This document shows, piece by piece, positions 38,527 through 47,187 of a stretch of 64,000 nucleotides of DNA. Origin of the DNA: Parcubacteria group bacterium GW2011_GWC1_36_108 (GTDB lineage Bacteria; Patescibacteriota; Minisyncoccia; Moranbacterales; GWC2-37-73); assembly GCA_000991245.1 (NCBI GenBank), contig LBRD01000006.1, positions 39,340 to 103,339 on the forward strand, given 5' to 3'. Each line of letters begins with the position of its first letter. Within the stretch, counting starts at the first letter, position 1. Both the position numbers and the translations under genes were made by a program. The notes beneath the pieces are model-generated. The model saw only the letters and a list, made by a program, of their open reading frames with translations. It was not told where the DNA came from and did no database searches.

Positions 38527-39111
38527 TTAATTATCTATTATGACAAACTCATCTTCACGAATCGCATAGGCTGGTAATTTTTCTTTATAATCTTCCAACA
38601 TCTTAAATTTATCATCACCACTCATAGCAGCGTATTCTCCATTGGACATGTAATGCGTAATCATCTTAACTGACAAAAAATTCAAACCATCGAACACTCT
38701 ATCATAATCCTGATCATAATAATATTTGGCAAACACCAATGACCCAGCCGAAGAACCTATGACGATTTTATTCTCCAAGAGCTTTTCTGGGTCAGAAATC
38801 TCTTCCAATTTTTTCTGAAGCATCGGAGTGTCACCTCCCCTAAAATAAACAACTTCACATTTTTTTATTTGGTTGGCAAATTCAGATGGATTATCTGATG
38901 CCAAAATGTAATCAATATCCCAACGAGCCAAAACAAGCCTGAATCTTTTCGTTTCCAGCAAAAGATCTTCCCAATTTTCTTTAGGTCTAGCGAAAAATAC
39001 CAACAAGACTTTTGACTCTCTTGGAATCAAACTTAAGAGCTTCCAAAGATTGAAGTATTTCTTAATCGAGAATTTTTTTGTCGAGCCACCCTGCAGGATA
39101 TATTTTGTCAT
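38527..39111 (-). CDS. Peptidase S51 (PepE/cyanophycinase-like) family protein
   Basis: GGSTKK, VYFRGGDTPML, IGSSAGSLVF. Confidence 0.55.
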   Translation of the reverse strand: MTKYILQGGSTKKFSIKKYFNLWKLLSLIPRESKVLLVFFARPKENWEDLLLETKRFRLVLARWDIDYILASDNPSEFANQIKKCEVVYFRGGDTPMLQKKLEEISDPEKLLENKIVIGSSAGSLVFAKYYYDQDYDRVFDGLNFLSVKMITHYMSNGEYAAMSGDDKFKMLEDYKEKLPAYAIREDEFVIIDN

Positions 39112-39113
39112 AA

Positions 39114-39527
39114 TTATTTTTCTAAATTATCAACCAAAAACTTTTTCAAGCTCTCCAAATCTTTTCTCTCTGCGTCGTAAAAATATGTTTTAATGCCGAC
39201 TGACTCCGCGCTTTTGACGGCTTCGGCGCCATGTTCGAAATAAATGACATCATCTGCTTTTAGGTCAAAATGTTCCAGCATCATTTCATGGTATTTCGGA
39301 TCAGTCTTTTCGGGATCGTGTTTCAAAGTAAAAACTTCATATGGCGCATCATGCAGCTTGAATGTTTCCATCTGCTCATCATTTGCTCCGGTTAGAATTA
39401 TTTTCCTGTTTGGAAATTCCTCAAGAAGCTCGTGCATTTCTTCAAATACATTTCCATCTTCCTCGATTAATGTAAAAACCGCGTCTACTAAGATTGTTTT
39501 CATAGAATTTTTAATTATTTTTATCAA
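39114..39527 (-). CDS. Small HAD-superfamily hydrolase
   Basis: ILVDAVFTL (motif I-like), ILTGAND and a terminal D motif. Confidence 0.5.
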   Translation of the reverse strand: MIKIIKNSMKTILVDAVFTLIEEDGNVFEEMHELLEEFPNRKIILTGANDEQMETFKLHDAPYEVFTLKHDPEKTDPKYHEMMLEHFDLKADDVIYFEHGAEAVKSAESVGIKTYFYDAERKDLESLKKFLVDNLEK

Positions 39528-39792
39528 AGGTTGTGCCTAAAGTATACCCAATTATTCCACTAAATATCGTTGCAACCAATGAGCCTTCCAGTATTCCAAG
39601 AACAGCCAAGGCTAGCGTACCTATTGTTATAAATATAATTGCAACACTTTTTAAGGTATTATTTGGAGTAAGCCAATGCTTCAATTCGCCAGTAGTTGCC
39701 TTCATTGCCCACATTAAAGTAATCCACCAAATTGTAACTGCAGAAAATGGCACCACCAACATTATTAATAGTAACCAAAAGTTTTTTTCCAT
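39511..39792 (-). CDS. Small two-helix membrane protein
   Basis: Hydrophobic profile only. Confidence 0.35.
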   Translation of the reverse strand: MEKNFWLLLIMLVVPFSAVTIWWITLMWAMKATTGELKHWLTPNNTLKSVAIIFITIGTLALAVLGILEGSLVATIFSGIIGYTLGTTFDKNN

Positions 39793-39815
39793 ACTTCTTT
39801 AAATTAGTTTAAATA

Positions 39816-39992
39816 TTATTTCTTCCAATCTTTAATCTCAATTCCACCGTGGATTCTTTTAACTACGACTTTCTGTTTTGTTTTCCAACCCAATTCCCGC
39901 ACCATTTCAACTGGCAAAGTTAAACCAACTGACTGTTTGCCGATTTTGCACAGCTTGCGGATGTTTTTATCTTCTGATTTTCGAACTGCCAT
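39816..39992 (-). CDS. AbrB/MazE/SpoVT-fold small DNA-binding protein (58 aa). Not in the ORF track.
   Basis: Minus-strand translation MAVRKSEDKNIRKLCKIGKQSVGLTLPVEMVRELGWKTKQKVVVKRIHGGIEIKDWKK. The looped-hinge-helix pattern is typical of MazE/AbrB antitoxin-like proteins. Confidence 0.55.
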   Translation of the reverse strand: MAVRKSEDKNIRKLCKIGKQSVGLTLPVEMVRELGWKTKQKVVVKRIHGGIEIKDWKK

Positions 39993-40054
39993 ATGTTTTT
40001 TGCCATACCCTCGTTACAATATACTGAAATATTGTAATGAAGTCTGTATAATTT

Positions 40055-41008
40055 TTATTTTTTCAATAATAACAAAACAAGGCCAATAACTCTATCCTTG
40101 TCTTTTGGATTGCTTTCGGCAATAAGTAAAGTGAGTGCAGTAAGCGCTTCTGGGGTGATTTTTTTTCTGAAATCAAAACCAGCTTTTTGCAAAAACCAAA
40201 TAAAAGAAAACGCACCGCTTCTTTTGTTGCCATCAACAAATGGATGGTTCTTCACCACAAAATAAAGCAGATGCACAGCTTTTTCCTCGATTGTTGGATA
40301 CAAATCTTTTCCGCCAAAAGCCTGGAAAACATTTCCCACAATTCCAGCCAAACTGCTTCCCTTGCGCTCGATGGCAAAAATTTCAGTCGCCTGCCCTTTT
40401 CGAATAAGTTCTTTTTTGAGTTGTCCAATGGAATCTTCCAATTCTTCCCCGGTCAAAGCAACTTTCTTTTTTGTGGCGCCCTTAACTGGAAGCGCTTCTT
40501 TGTCATACGCATCCAATGAAAACCAGGTTCCTGCAAACATCTTCACGAGCTCCATCGCATCTCGAGCTGTGATACGGTCGTCCGACGGAAGCAACTTTTT
40601 TGTCTCCTCAACTGCAATCAAAAACTTTTCGTAATTTTGTTCAATACGGGAAGGGTTGATTACAAAGCCATTCGTAATATAGTTACGAAGAATTTTAGAA
40701 GCCCACTTTCTAAAAATTATAGCATTGCTGGAATTTGCCCTATATCCCACAGCCAGAATCATATCCAGTGAGTAAAACGACACCGGCTTATCAGAATTTG
40801 CAATGTGCATTTTTTGCACATTGCTTTTTTCATCAACTTCTTTGTTTTTTAAAATATTACCAATATGCTTTGTGACTACTGATCTTTCTAGATTAAAAAC
40901 GTCGGCGATCTGTTGCTGAGATGCCCAGATTGTTTCTTTTTTCGCATCAACAGAAAGCTCAATAGCTCCATTTTTCGCTTGATAAATTTCAATGTTTTTT
41001 TGTTTCAT
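40055..41008 (-). CDS. Fic/Doc-family protein of the RhuM type
   Basis: C-terminal HPFVDGNKRSGAFS (the Fic motif HPFx[DE]GNxR). N-terminal RhuM-like IEIYQAKNGAIELSVD...TIWASQQQIADVF. Confidence 0.75.
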   Translation of the reverse strand: MKQKNIEIYQAKNGAIELSVDAKKETIWASQQQIADVFNLERSVVTKHIGNILKNKEVDEKSNVQKMHIANSDKPVSFYSLDMILAVGYRANSSNAIIFRKWASKILRNYITNGFVINPSRIEQNYEKFLIAVEETKKLLPSDDRITARDAMELVKMFAGTWFSLDAYDKEALPVKGATKKKVALTGEELEDSIGQLKKELIRKGQATEIFAIERKGSSLAGIVGNVFQAFGGKDLYPTIEEKAVHLLYFVVKNHPFVDGNKRSGAFSFIWFLQKAGFDFRKKITPEALTALTLLIAESNPKDKDRVIGLVLLLLKK

Positions 41009-41045
41009 TTTTTAATGAATTATTGATTATAATGATATTATATCA

Positions 41046-41054
41046 CTATATATT
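41046..41054 (-). promoter_or_regulatory. Candidate extended -10 (TGATATAAT) for the Fic gene
   Basis: Minus strand reads TAGTGATATAAT about 38 nt upstream of the ATG. Confidence 0.35.
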
Positions 41055-41093
41055 TTTTATGCAATACCTAACATATTTTTTATATTAGTATTT

Positions 41094-41115
41094 AATACCT
41101 ATTTAAATACCCACC
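41094..41115. repeat. Motif copy 3, opposite orientation (AATACCTATTTAAATACCCACC)
   Basis: Direct reading. Confidence 0.8.
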
Positions 41116-41215
41116 TCGTCGCAACTGCTTCAAGTTTACTCCTATAATCCTTGATATTCAAGCATTAAAAAAGGACCGGAAAATACTATTTCCCGGTCCT
41201 GAGGCGTTGTGTGAT

Positions 41216-41404
41216 TTATTCACTGTACGATTTAAGCAATCTTGCCATCGCCCTGTGCCCGTCTGGATCGTACCTGCGATGGATCGCAGCTAGACGCCTA
41301 GTAACGTCAACACCTTCCAAAACTTTACGTCTGTCTGTTGCAGCAGCCAATGCCCAACTGAAGTTTTTGGCTCTTGGTTTTTCAGGAACTTTTTCTTTAC
41401 TCAT
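41216..41404 (-). CDS. Small basic Ala/Arg-rich protein (62 aa). GC-rich cassette gene.
   Basis: GGGAGG RBS 7 nt upstream of the MSKEKVPEKP start. Overlaps the stop of the upstream ORF (ATGA). Confidence 0.3.
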   Translation of the reverse strand: MSKEKVPEKPRAKNFSWALAAATDRRKVLEGVDVTRRLAAIHRRYDPDGHRAMARLLKSYSE

Positions 41405-41421
41405 TTTAATCCCTCCCATCT

Positions 41422-41637
41422 TCATGGCCAAGCATTTAATATTGTCTGGATTTCAGACTCCCGACATCCAAGACAATTTCCTTGACCACCACAGGTGCAA
41501 ACCCCATAATCAGGGTCGTTACGCATACGAGGCATTTCATCTGCATTCTTTCTGCAAAATCGTGCTAGCTCAAGATTCACAGTGTATGCTTGTTTTTTTT
41601 CTGGTTCAGCTTGAAATCCACGACATCCGCAATGCAT
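41422..41637 (-). CDS. Small Cys-rich protein (71 aa). GC-rich cassette gene.
   Basis: AGGAGGTG RBS immediately upstream of MHCGCRGFQ. The sequence contains CGC, CRK and CTCGGQGNCLGC. Confidence 0.3.
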   Translation of the reverse strand: MHCGCRGFQAEPEKKQAYTVNLELARFCRKNADEMPRMRNDPDYGVCTCGGQGNCLGCRESEIQTILNAWP

Positions 41638-41664
41638 AACCCACCTCCTGTGTTTTTTGTATAG

Positions 41665-41680
41665 ATTTAAATACCCACCC
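41665..41680. repeat. Motif copy 4, opposite orientation (GATTTAAATACCCACC)
   Basis: Direct reading. Confidence 0.8.
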
Positions 41681-41731
41681 AACCCAAGTCTAAACCTAAA
41701 CTGATATTTGGACAAGAAAAAGGGTTCTTTT

Positions 41732-42307
41732 TCACATGAACACATTTTCTGCATTGTTTCTATCGCGATGCCACATTTCGGGATTGATTTTTATGTATTC
41801 TCTGATTTTATTCAGTGATTCGTCGTCGCGAATTATGTGATCATAGAAACGAGGCTGCCAAGCAAAATTCATAGTTTGACCAATATGATTTATTTCAAAT
41901 GAACATCGACCCTTATACCATCTAATTATTTTTGACAAAGAATATGGGTTATTCATAGGATTATTTTTTCCCGTGATACCACCCGTAGAGACGCGATTAA
42001 TCGCGTCTCTACGCATTGCCATGTTAATATCATTTTTGCAAATTTCAATTATCCCATGAACATGATTAGGCATCACAACAAATTCATCCAAAACAATAAA
42101 TGGAAAATGATCTGGAATTCCCTTCCAACATTCTTCTGCGATTTTTCCAATTTTATTCAACACCATTTTTCCATCCACAATCTCGCCAAAAAATTCCTCG
42201 CGATTTTTTGTGCAGATAGTCACGAAATACATCCCATTTTGAGAATAATCATAACCCTCTAATCTTGCAGATTTAATTGTGTATTTATTTTTAAATTTTT
42301 CTTGCAT
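41732..42307 (-). CDS. HuH tyrosine transposase, IS200-like / REP-associated (RAYT) type
   Basis: HuH motif MPNHVHGII and a downstream IIRWYKGRCS (Y-KG-S pattern). No tnpB partner. REP-like palindromes sit inside the gene and upstream. Confidence 0.65.
   Translation of the reverse strand: MQEKFKNKYTIKSARLEGYDYSQNGMYFVTICTKNREEFFGEIVDGKMVLNKIGKIAEECWKGIPDHFPFIVLDEFVVMPNHVHGIIEICKNDINMAMRRDAINRVSTGGITGKNNPMNNPYSLSKIIRWYKGRCSFEINHIGQTMNFAWQPRFYDHIIRDDESLNKIREYIKINPEMWHRDRNNAENVFM
41985..42012. repeat. REP-like 28-bp perfect palindrome GTAGAGACGCGATTAATCGCGTCTCTAC (copy inside the RAYT coding sequence, in frame)
   Basis: Direct reading. Identical to the copy at 42400-42427. Confidence 0.85.
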
Positions 42308-42399
42308 TTTTGTTTATTTTATATATCCATTATTGCATAAAAATTAATATAACAAAAAACGATTTCATTAGGAAATCGTTTTTTGTATAGAAACGTTGC

Positions 42400-42427
42400 G
42401 TAGAGACGCGATTAATCGCGTCTCTAC
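42400..42427. repeat. REP-like 28-bp palindrome, second copy, between fusA and the RAYT gene
   Basis: Direct reading. Confidence 0.85.
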
Positions 42428-42440
42428 CACAAATTGAAAT

Positions 42441-44534
42441 TTATTTTTTAGCAATAATCTCATCAGCAACATTCTTTGGAACTTCTGAATAATTTGAAAA
42501 TTCCATTGAATAACTGGCGCGTCCTTGAGTCATTGATCGCATTTGAGTTGCGTAACCAAACATATTTGCAAGAGGAACTTCTGATTCAATTTCTTTCACG
42601 CGAGCGTTTCCTTCTCCGCGATCATTGATTTCTTTGATCATTCCACGACGTGAGTTGATGTCACCAACAATGTCTCCCATAAATTGTTCTGGGCAAGTCA
42701 CTACCACTTTCATGATAGGTTCAAGAATAACTGGGTTGGCGCGCTTTACTGCTTCCTGCACTGCCATTGAACCAGCGATTTTGAAAGCTGCTTCGTTGGA
42801 GTCAACTTCATGGAAGGATCCGTCATACAAAGTTACAACCACATCAACCATTGGATATCCAGCCAAAACTCCATTTTCCAAAGCTTCCTTGGCTCCAACA
42901 GAAATAGGTTTGATGTATTCTTGTGGAATAACACCACCTTTAATTTCGTCAAAGAATTCAAAGCCTTTACCTTTTTCTTCTTGAGGACGAACTTTAAGCC
43001 AACAATGACCATACTGTCCGCGACCTCCAGATTGTTTAACATATTTTCCTTCAGCTTGAGCTTCAGCTTTGATTGTTTCGCGATATGCAACTTGAGGCTG
43101 ACCGATATTTGCTTCAACACCAAATTCTCGTTTCATACGATCAACAATAATATCAAGATGAAGTTCACCCATTCCTGAGATAATCGTTTGTCCTGATTCT
43201 TCATCAGTGCGAAGTCGTAGTGTTGGGTCTTCGCCAGCAAGTTTGCGAAGAGCAACTCCCATTTTTTCTTGATCAGCTTTTGTCTTTGGTTCAACTGCAA
43301 TATCAATCACAGGTTCTGGGAAAACAATATTTTCAAGTTGAATTGGGTTTGCTTCATCACAAAGAGTGTCTCCAGTTGTTGTATTCTTAAGTCCAACCAA
43401 AGCTCCAATTCCACCAGCGCGAATCTCATCAATTTCTTCACGATGATTTGCATGCATTTGAAGAATTCGTCCAATTCTTTCTCTTTCTCCATTGGTTGAA
43501 TTGATAACATATGAGCCAGCTTTAAGTGTTCCTGAATATACGCGGAAGAATGTTAGTTGTCCTACAAATGGATCAGTTGCGACTTTGAAAGCCAAAGCAG
43601 AAAATGGTTCGTTGTCATCAGCGTGACGTTCAATTTCCAATTCTGTTTTTGGATCAATTCCTTTGATAGAAGTAACATCCAATGGAGATGGAAGATAATC
43701 AACCACAGCATCCAAAACTAATTGCACACCTTTGTTACGAAGAGCAGTTCCAGTAAAAACTGGCACAAGTTTTGCATCGATAACTCCTTGGCGTAGTGCA
43801 ACTTTCAATTCATCAATAGAAATTTCCTCTCCGTTTAAATATTTTTCAGTCAAAGCATCATTGGTTTCAGAAACTTTTTCAATCATTTTTTCTCTCCAAG
43901 CTTGCGCCTTTTCCAAAAGCTCTGCAGGAATTTCACTTTCAACCACGATTTCACCCATCGGACCATCAAAAGAATATGCTTTCATTTTGATCAAATCAAC
44001 CACGCCAGAAAAATCATTACGTTCTCCGATTGGCATTTGAAGAGCGATTGCATTTGGGGTTAAACGATTCCAAATTGAATTGATCACGTAATCAAAATCA
44101 GCACCTTCTTTGTCAATCTTATTGATAAAACAAATTCGAGGCACCTTATATTTGTCAGCTTGACGCCAAACAGTTTCAGATTGTGGCTCAACACCTTCTT
44201 TACCATCAAAAATAACAACAGCACCATCAAGCACTCGTAGTGAGCGTTCAACTTCTACTGTGAAGTCCACATGTCCCGGGGTGTCAATAATATTAATTGG
44301 ATGACCCTTCCAGAAACATTTGGTTGCAGCGGATGTGATGGTGATTCCACGCTCCTGTTCTTGAGCCATCCAGTCCATTGTGGCTGAGCCATCATGAACT
44401 TCACCAATCTTATGAGTGATTCCAGTATAAAACAAAATACGCTCAGTGGTTGTTGTTTTTCCACCGTCGATATGAGCAATAATACCAATATTTCTTAATT
44501 TTGCGATTTCACTTTCTGTGGATACTATAGACAT
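42441..44534 (-). CDS. fusA: Elongation factor G
   Basis: [20 protein letters not shown] and a full five-domain length (697 aa). Confidence 0.95.
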   Translation of the reverse strand: MSIVSTESEIAKLRNIGIIAHIDGGKTTTTERILFYTGITHKIGEVHDGSATMDWMAQEQERGITITSAATKCFWKGHPINIIDTPGHVDFTVEVERSLRVLDGAVVIFDGKEGVEPQSETVWRQADKYKVPRICFINKIDKEGADFDYVINSIWNRLTPNAIALQMPIGERNDFSGVVDLIKMKAYSFDGPMGEIVVESEIPAELLEKAQAWREKMIEKVSETNDALTEKYLNGEEISIDELKVALRQGVIDAKLVPVFTGTALRNKGVQLVLDAVVDYLPSPLDVTSIKGIDPKTELEIERHADDNEPFSALAFKVATDPFVGQLTFFRVYSGTLKAGSYVINSTNGERERIGRILQMHANHREEIDEIRAGGIGALVGLKNTTTGDTLCDEANPIQLENIVFPEPVIDIAVEPKTKADQEKMGVALRKLAGEDPTLRLRTDEESGQTIISGMGELHLDIIVDRMKREFGVEANIGQPQVAYRETIKAEAQAEGKYVKQSGGRGQYGHCWLKVRPQEEKGKGFEFFDEIKGGVIPQEYIKPISVGAKEALENGVLAGYPMVDVVVTLYDGSFHEVDSNEAAFKIAGSMAVQEAVKRANPVILEPIMKVVVTCPEQFMGDIVGDINSRRGMIKEINDRGEGNARVKEIESEVPLANMFGYATQMRSMTQGRASYSMEFSNYSEVPKNVADEIIAKK

Positions 44535-44675
44535 AAAGATAAATTTAACTTTTTATTTAATTTAGTTTGATCCAGTTTATAGCAAATGTCCCAACTAATG
44601 TACGAATAAATTACTAATATACTAATAGGGTTTGTACATTAGTATATTCGTAAAAGATTCGTATTTTAGCGGGGA

Positions 44676-45143
44676 TTAAGCGAAATGAGCAAACGCTTTG
44701 TTTGCTTCAGCCATTCGGTGAGTATCGTCACGCTTTTTCATTGCAGATCCAACTTTATTTGATCCATCAATAAGTTCATCAGCGAGTTTTTCAGCCATTC
44801 TTTTTCCTTTCTTAGCCCGACATGCTGTCAAAATCCATCTAACTGCAAGTGTTTGACGACGTTCTCCAGAAACTTGAATCGGAACTTGATAGTTTGCGCC
44901 ACCAATTCTTTTTGATTTAAGTTCAAGTAGTGGAGAAATATTTTTAATTGCTTGTTCAAAAACATTAAGACCACCTTTTTTGGTTCGTTCGTGAATCACA
45001 TCAAAACAATCATAGATCACTCTTTCTGCAACACTTCTTTTTCCGTCTTGCATCACGTTACCAATAAAGCGTCCCACCAAAATGTTTCCATATCGTGAGT
45101 CTGGTTTCCATTGTTTTACAAATGTTCGTTTTCTTCGTGCCAT
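44676..45143 (-). CDS. rpsG: Ribosomal protein uS7
   Basis: Conserved uS7 sequence. Confidence 0.95.
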   Translation of the reverse strand: MARRKRTFVKQWKPDSRYGNILVGRFIGNVMQDGKRSVAERVIYDCFDVIHERTKKGGLNVFEQAIKNISPLLELKSKRIGGANYQVPIQVSGERRQTLAVRWILTACRAKKGKRMAEKLADELIDGSNKVGSAMKKRDDTHRMAEANKAFAHFA

Positions 45144-45328
45144 ATATGCAATTAATTTTTAATTTTGTAATTTTATAATTTTTAAATAATTTCTAATTTA
45201 TAAATGTTTAAACATTAAAAATTTTGATTTATTTATAAAATTAAAAATTGTAAAAATTAAAAATTGTAAGTCCTAATCTTTAATTATAATATATTTAATT
45301 CAGATATCTTTTTTATAAATCCAGCTAA

Positions 45329-45751
45329 CTACTCTGTTTTTGCCTTTGGACGTTTTGCGCCATATTTAGAGCGAGATCGATTTCTTCCCTCAACTCCAGC
45401 ACTGTCCAAAACTCCGCGAACAATGTGATATCGAACACCAGGAAGATCTTTCACGCGTCCTCCGCGAATCATAACGATTGAATGTTCTTGCAAATTGTGT
45501 CCAACTCCTGGAATGTATGCGGTAACTTCCATTCCGTTTGTTAATCGAACTCTAGCAATCTTTCGAAGAGCAGAGTTAGGTTTCTTTGGAGTGGTTGTGC
45601 TTACCTTAATACAAACTCCTCGCTTAAAAGGGTTTACAGTTTTCTTTGGCTTATTTTGCAAAGTGTTAAAAGTCATTGTCATTGCTGGCGACTTTGTTTT
45701 CTTCACTGCTGATTTTCGGCTTTTTTTCACTAACTGATTTATTGTTGGCAT
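45329..45751 (-). CDS. rpsL: Ribosomal protein uS12
   Basis: PTINQLVKK...[10 protein letters not shown]. Confidence 0.95.
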   Translation of the reverse strand: MPTINQLVKKSRKSAVKKTKSPAMTMTFNTLQNKPKKTVNPFKRGVCIKVSTTTPKKPNSALRKIARVRLTNGMEVTAYIPGVGHNLQEHSIVMIRGGRVKDLPGVRYHIVRGVLDSAGVEGRNRSRSKYGAKRPKAKTE

Positions 45752-45999
45752 ACTCTTCAGATTTATTTATTCATTTATATATACAATACTAAACATTTGA
45801 TATTATATTGAAATCCCAACCAGAACGAAGTGAGCTTCAATTAATACCTTTCTAACCCAAAATAGCCAAGAAATTGGCTATTTCACTAGCAAAACTATTC
45901 TACACAATATTTAAAAATGTGTCAAACACATGCACCCACCCAAACCTCACTCCAACCCTCTCCTTTTCTAAGGAGAGGGAGAAACTTGGAAGGAAACTT

Positions 46000-46644
46000 T
46001 TAGACCGCGAGTCCAAAGAACAGATTAAGCATTGTATTTAAGAAAAAACCAAGTGGCGCGGAGAAAATAAATATGAACAACAAAAGCAGCATAAAGCCGT
46101 ATTGCTCAAGCATTATCATCACTTCTGTTCTAAGTGGAAAAACCGCAAACAGCAATTTTGAACCATCAAGCGGTGGAAATGGAATTAAATTGAAAAAGGC
46201 CAAAATAACATTCCAAAAAATAACCAGCATTGAAATTTCAAAAAATATTGAACCAATTGACCCAGAAATCAAAGTTGAAACGTCTGCCCAATTATTGAAG
46301 TTATGAATTATTTCAAGTTTAATTGAAGCTGGAATCGAAATCATGCGAGCTATAATTGCAAAAACAAAAGCGATTAAAATGTTTGATCCTGGACCACCAA
46401 GCGCCACCAACGCTGGTCCCCATTTTTGATTTTTAAGATTATATGGGTTGTAAGGCACAGGTTTTGCCCATCCAAAAGCAAACCCCGTGGTCATTATCAT
46501 AAACAAAGGAACCACGATTGAGCCCCAGGGGTCAATATGTTTAATTGGATTGAAATTAAGACGACCTGCATATTTTGCAGTACTGTCACCAAGCCAAAGA
46601 GCCACAAAGCCATGCGCGACCTCGTGTACTATGATTGTAAGCAT
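46000..46644 (-). CDS. M50-family (site-2-protease-like) membrane zinc metalloprotease
   Basis: HEVAHG (HExxH) inside a transmembrane helix. Multi-pass membrane profile. Confidence 0.6.
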   Translation of the reverse strand: MLTIIVHEVAHGFVALWLGDSTAKYAGRLNFNPIKHIDPWGSIVVPLFMIMTTGFAFGWAKPVPYNPYNLKNQKWGPALVALGGPGSNILIAFVFAIIARMISIPASIKLEIIHNFNNWADVSTLISGSIGSIFFEISMLVIFWNVILAFFNLIPFPPLDGSKLLFAVFPLRTEVMIMLEQYGFMLLLLFIFIFSAPLGFFLNTMLNLFFGLAV

Positions 46645-46855
46645 GTAGCAAATCTGAAAGATATAAATTTTTTCAAATTTGAAGCATTGTTATATATTAT
46701 ACGTTGTATGTTAAACGATTAACTCTTGCCAATTCATAACATCCATGATATATTAAAACTTGTAATAAATCAAATGGTTATGGCATACAATTTATAGTGT
46801 TTAGCAAGAGATTGTTATATGTTATATGTTATATGTTATATGTTGTCTAAATATG

Positions 46856-47026
46856 AGTAAAACATGCAGCGTGTGTGGCCGAGGAACAATTGCTGGAAAT
46901 TCTCGAAGTCATTCAAATATCGCATCTAAAAGAAAATTTTCAATCAATATCCAGACTAAAAAAGTTGATGGGAAAAAAGCTAAGGTTTGCACTAAGTGCA
47001 TCAAAACTGAAAACAAAGAAGCTTAA
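46856..47026 (+). CDS. rpmB: Ribosomal protein bL28 (zinc-binding form)
   Basis: MSKTCSVCGRGTIAGNSRSHSNIASKRKF...CTKC. The ORF-track N-terminus MLYVICCLN translates a repeat and was trimmed. Confidence 0.85.
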   Translation, partial: SKTCSVCGRGTIAGNSRSHSNIASKRKFSINIQTKKVDGKKAKVCTKCIKTENKEA

Positions 47027-47054
47027 TCCCATATGCCTTTTCTAACGAAAAATT

Positions 47055-47082
47055 CCCTGACATATTGTCGGGGGATTTTTTT
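47055..47082 (+). terminator. Terminator after rpmB
   Basis: CCCTGACA-TAT-TGTCGGGG followed by a T-run. Confidence 0.6.
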
Positions 47083-47130
47083 ATTTGCTAAGTATTTGCT
47101 ACGTAACATGCTACGTAGCAAAATAAAAAT

Positions 47131-47172
47131 AAAAAGACAGGAGAGAAAATTCTAATTCTCCTGTCTTTTTTT
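47131..47172. terminator. Bidirectional terminator (serves the 619-aa gene on the minus strand)
   Basis: AGACAGGAGA...TCTCCTGTCT 10-bp stem, A-run on the 5' side and T-run on the 3' side. Confidence 0.65.
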
Positions 47173-47187
47173 GCAATACTTGACTGC

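Noticed and set aside
41211-41639. 142-aa plus-strand ORF in the GC-rich cassette
   Set aside because: GC-rich DNA gives long ORFs on both strands. The minus strand carries two tandem ORFs with near-consensus Shine-Dalgarno sequences, co-oriented with all neighbours. The plus ORF has no RBS and a poor composition. Retained only as an alternative.
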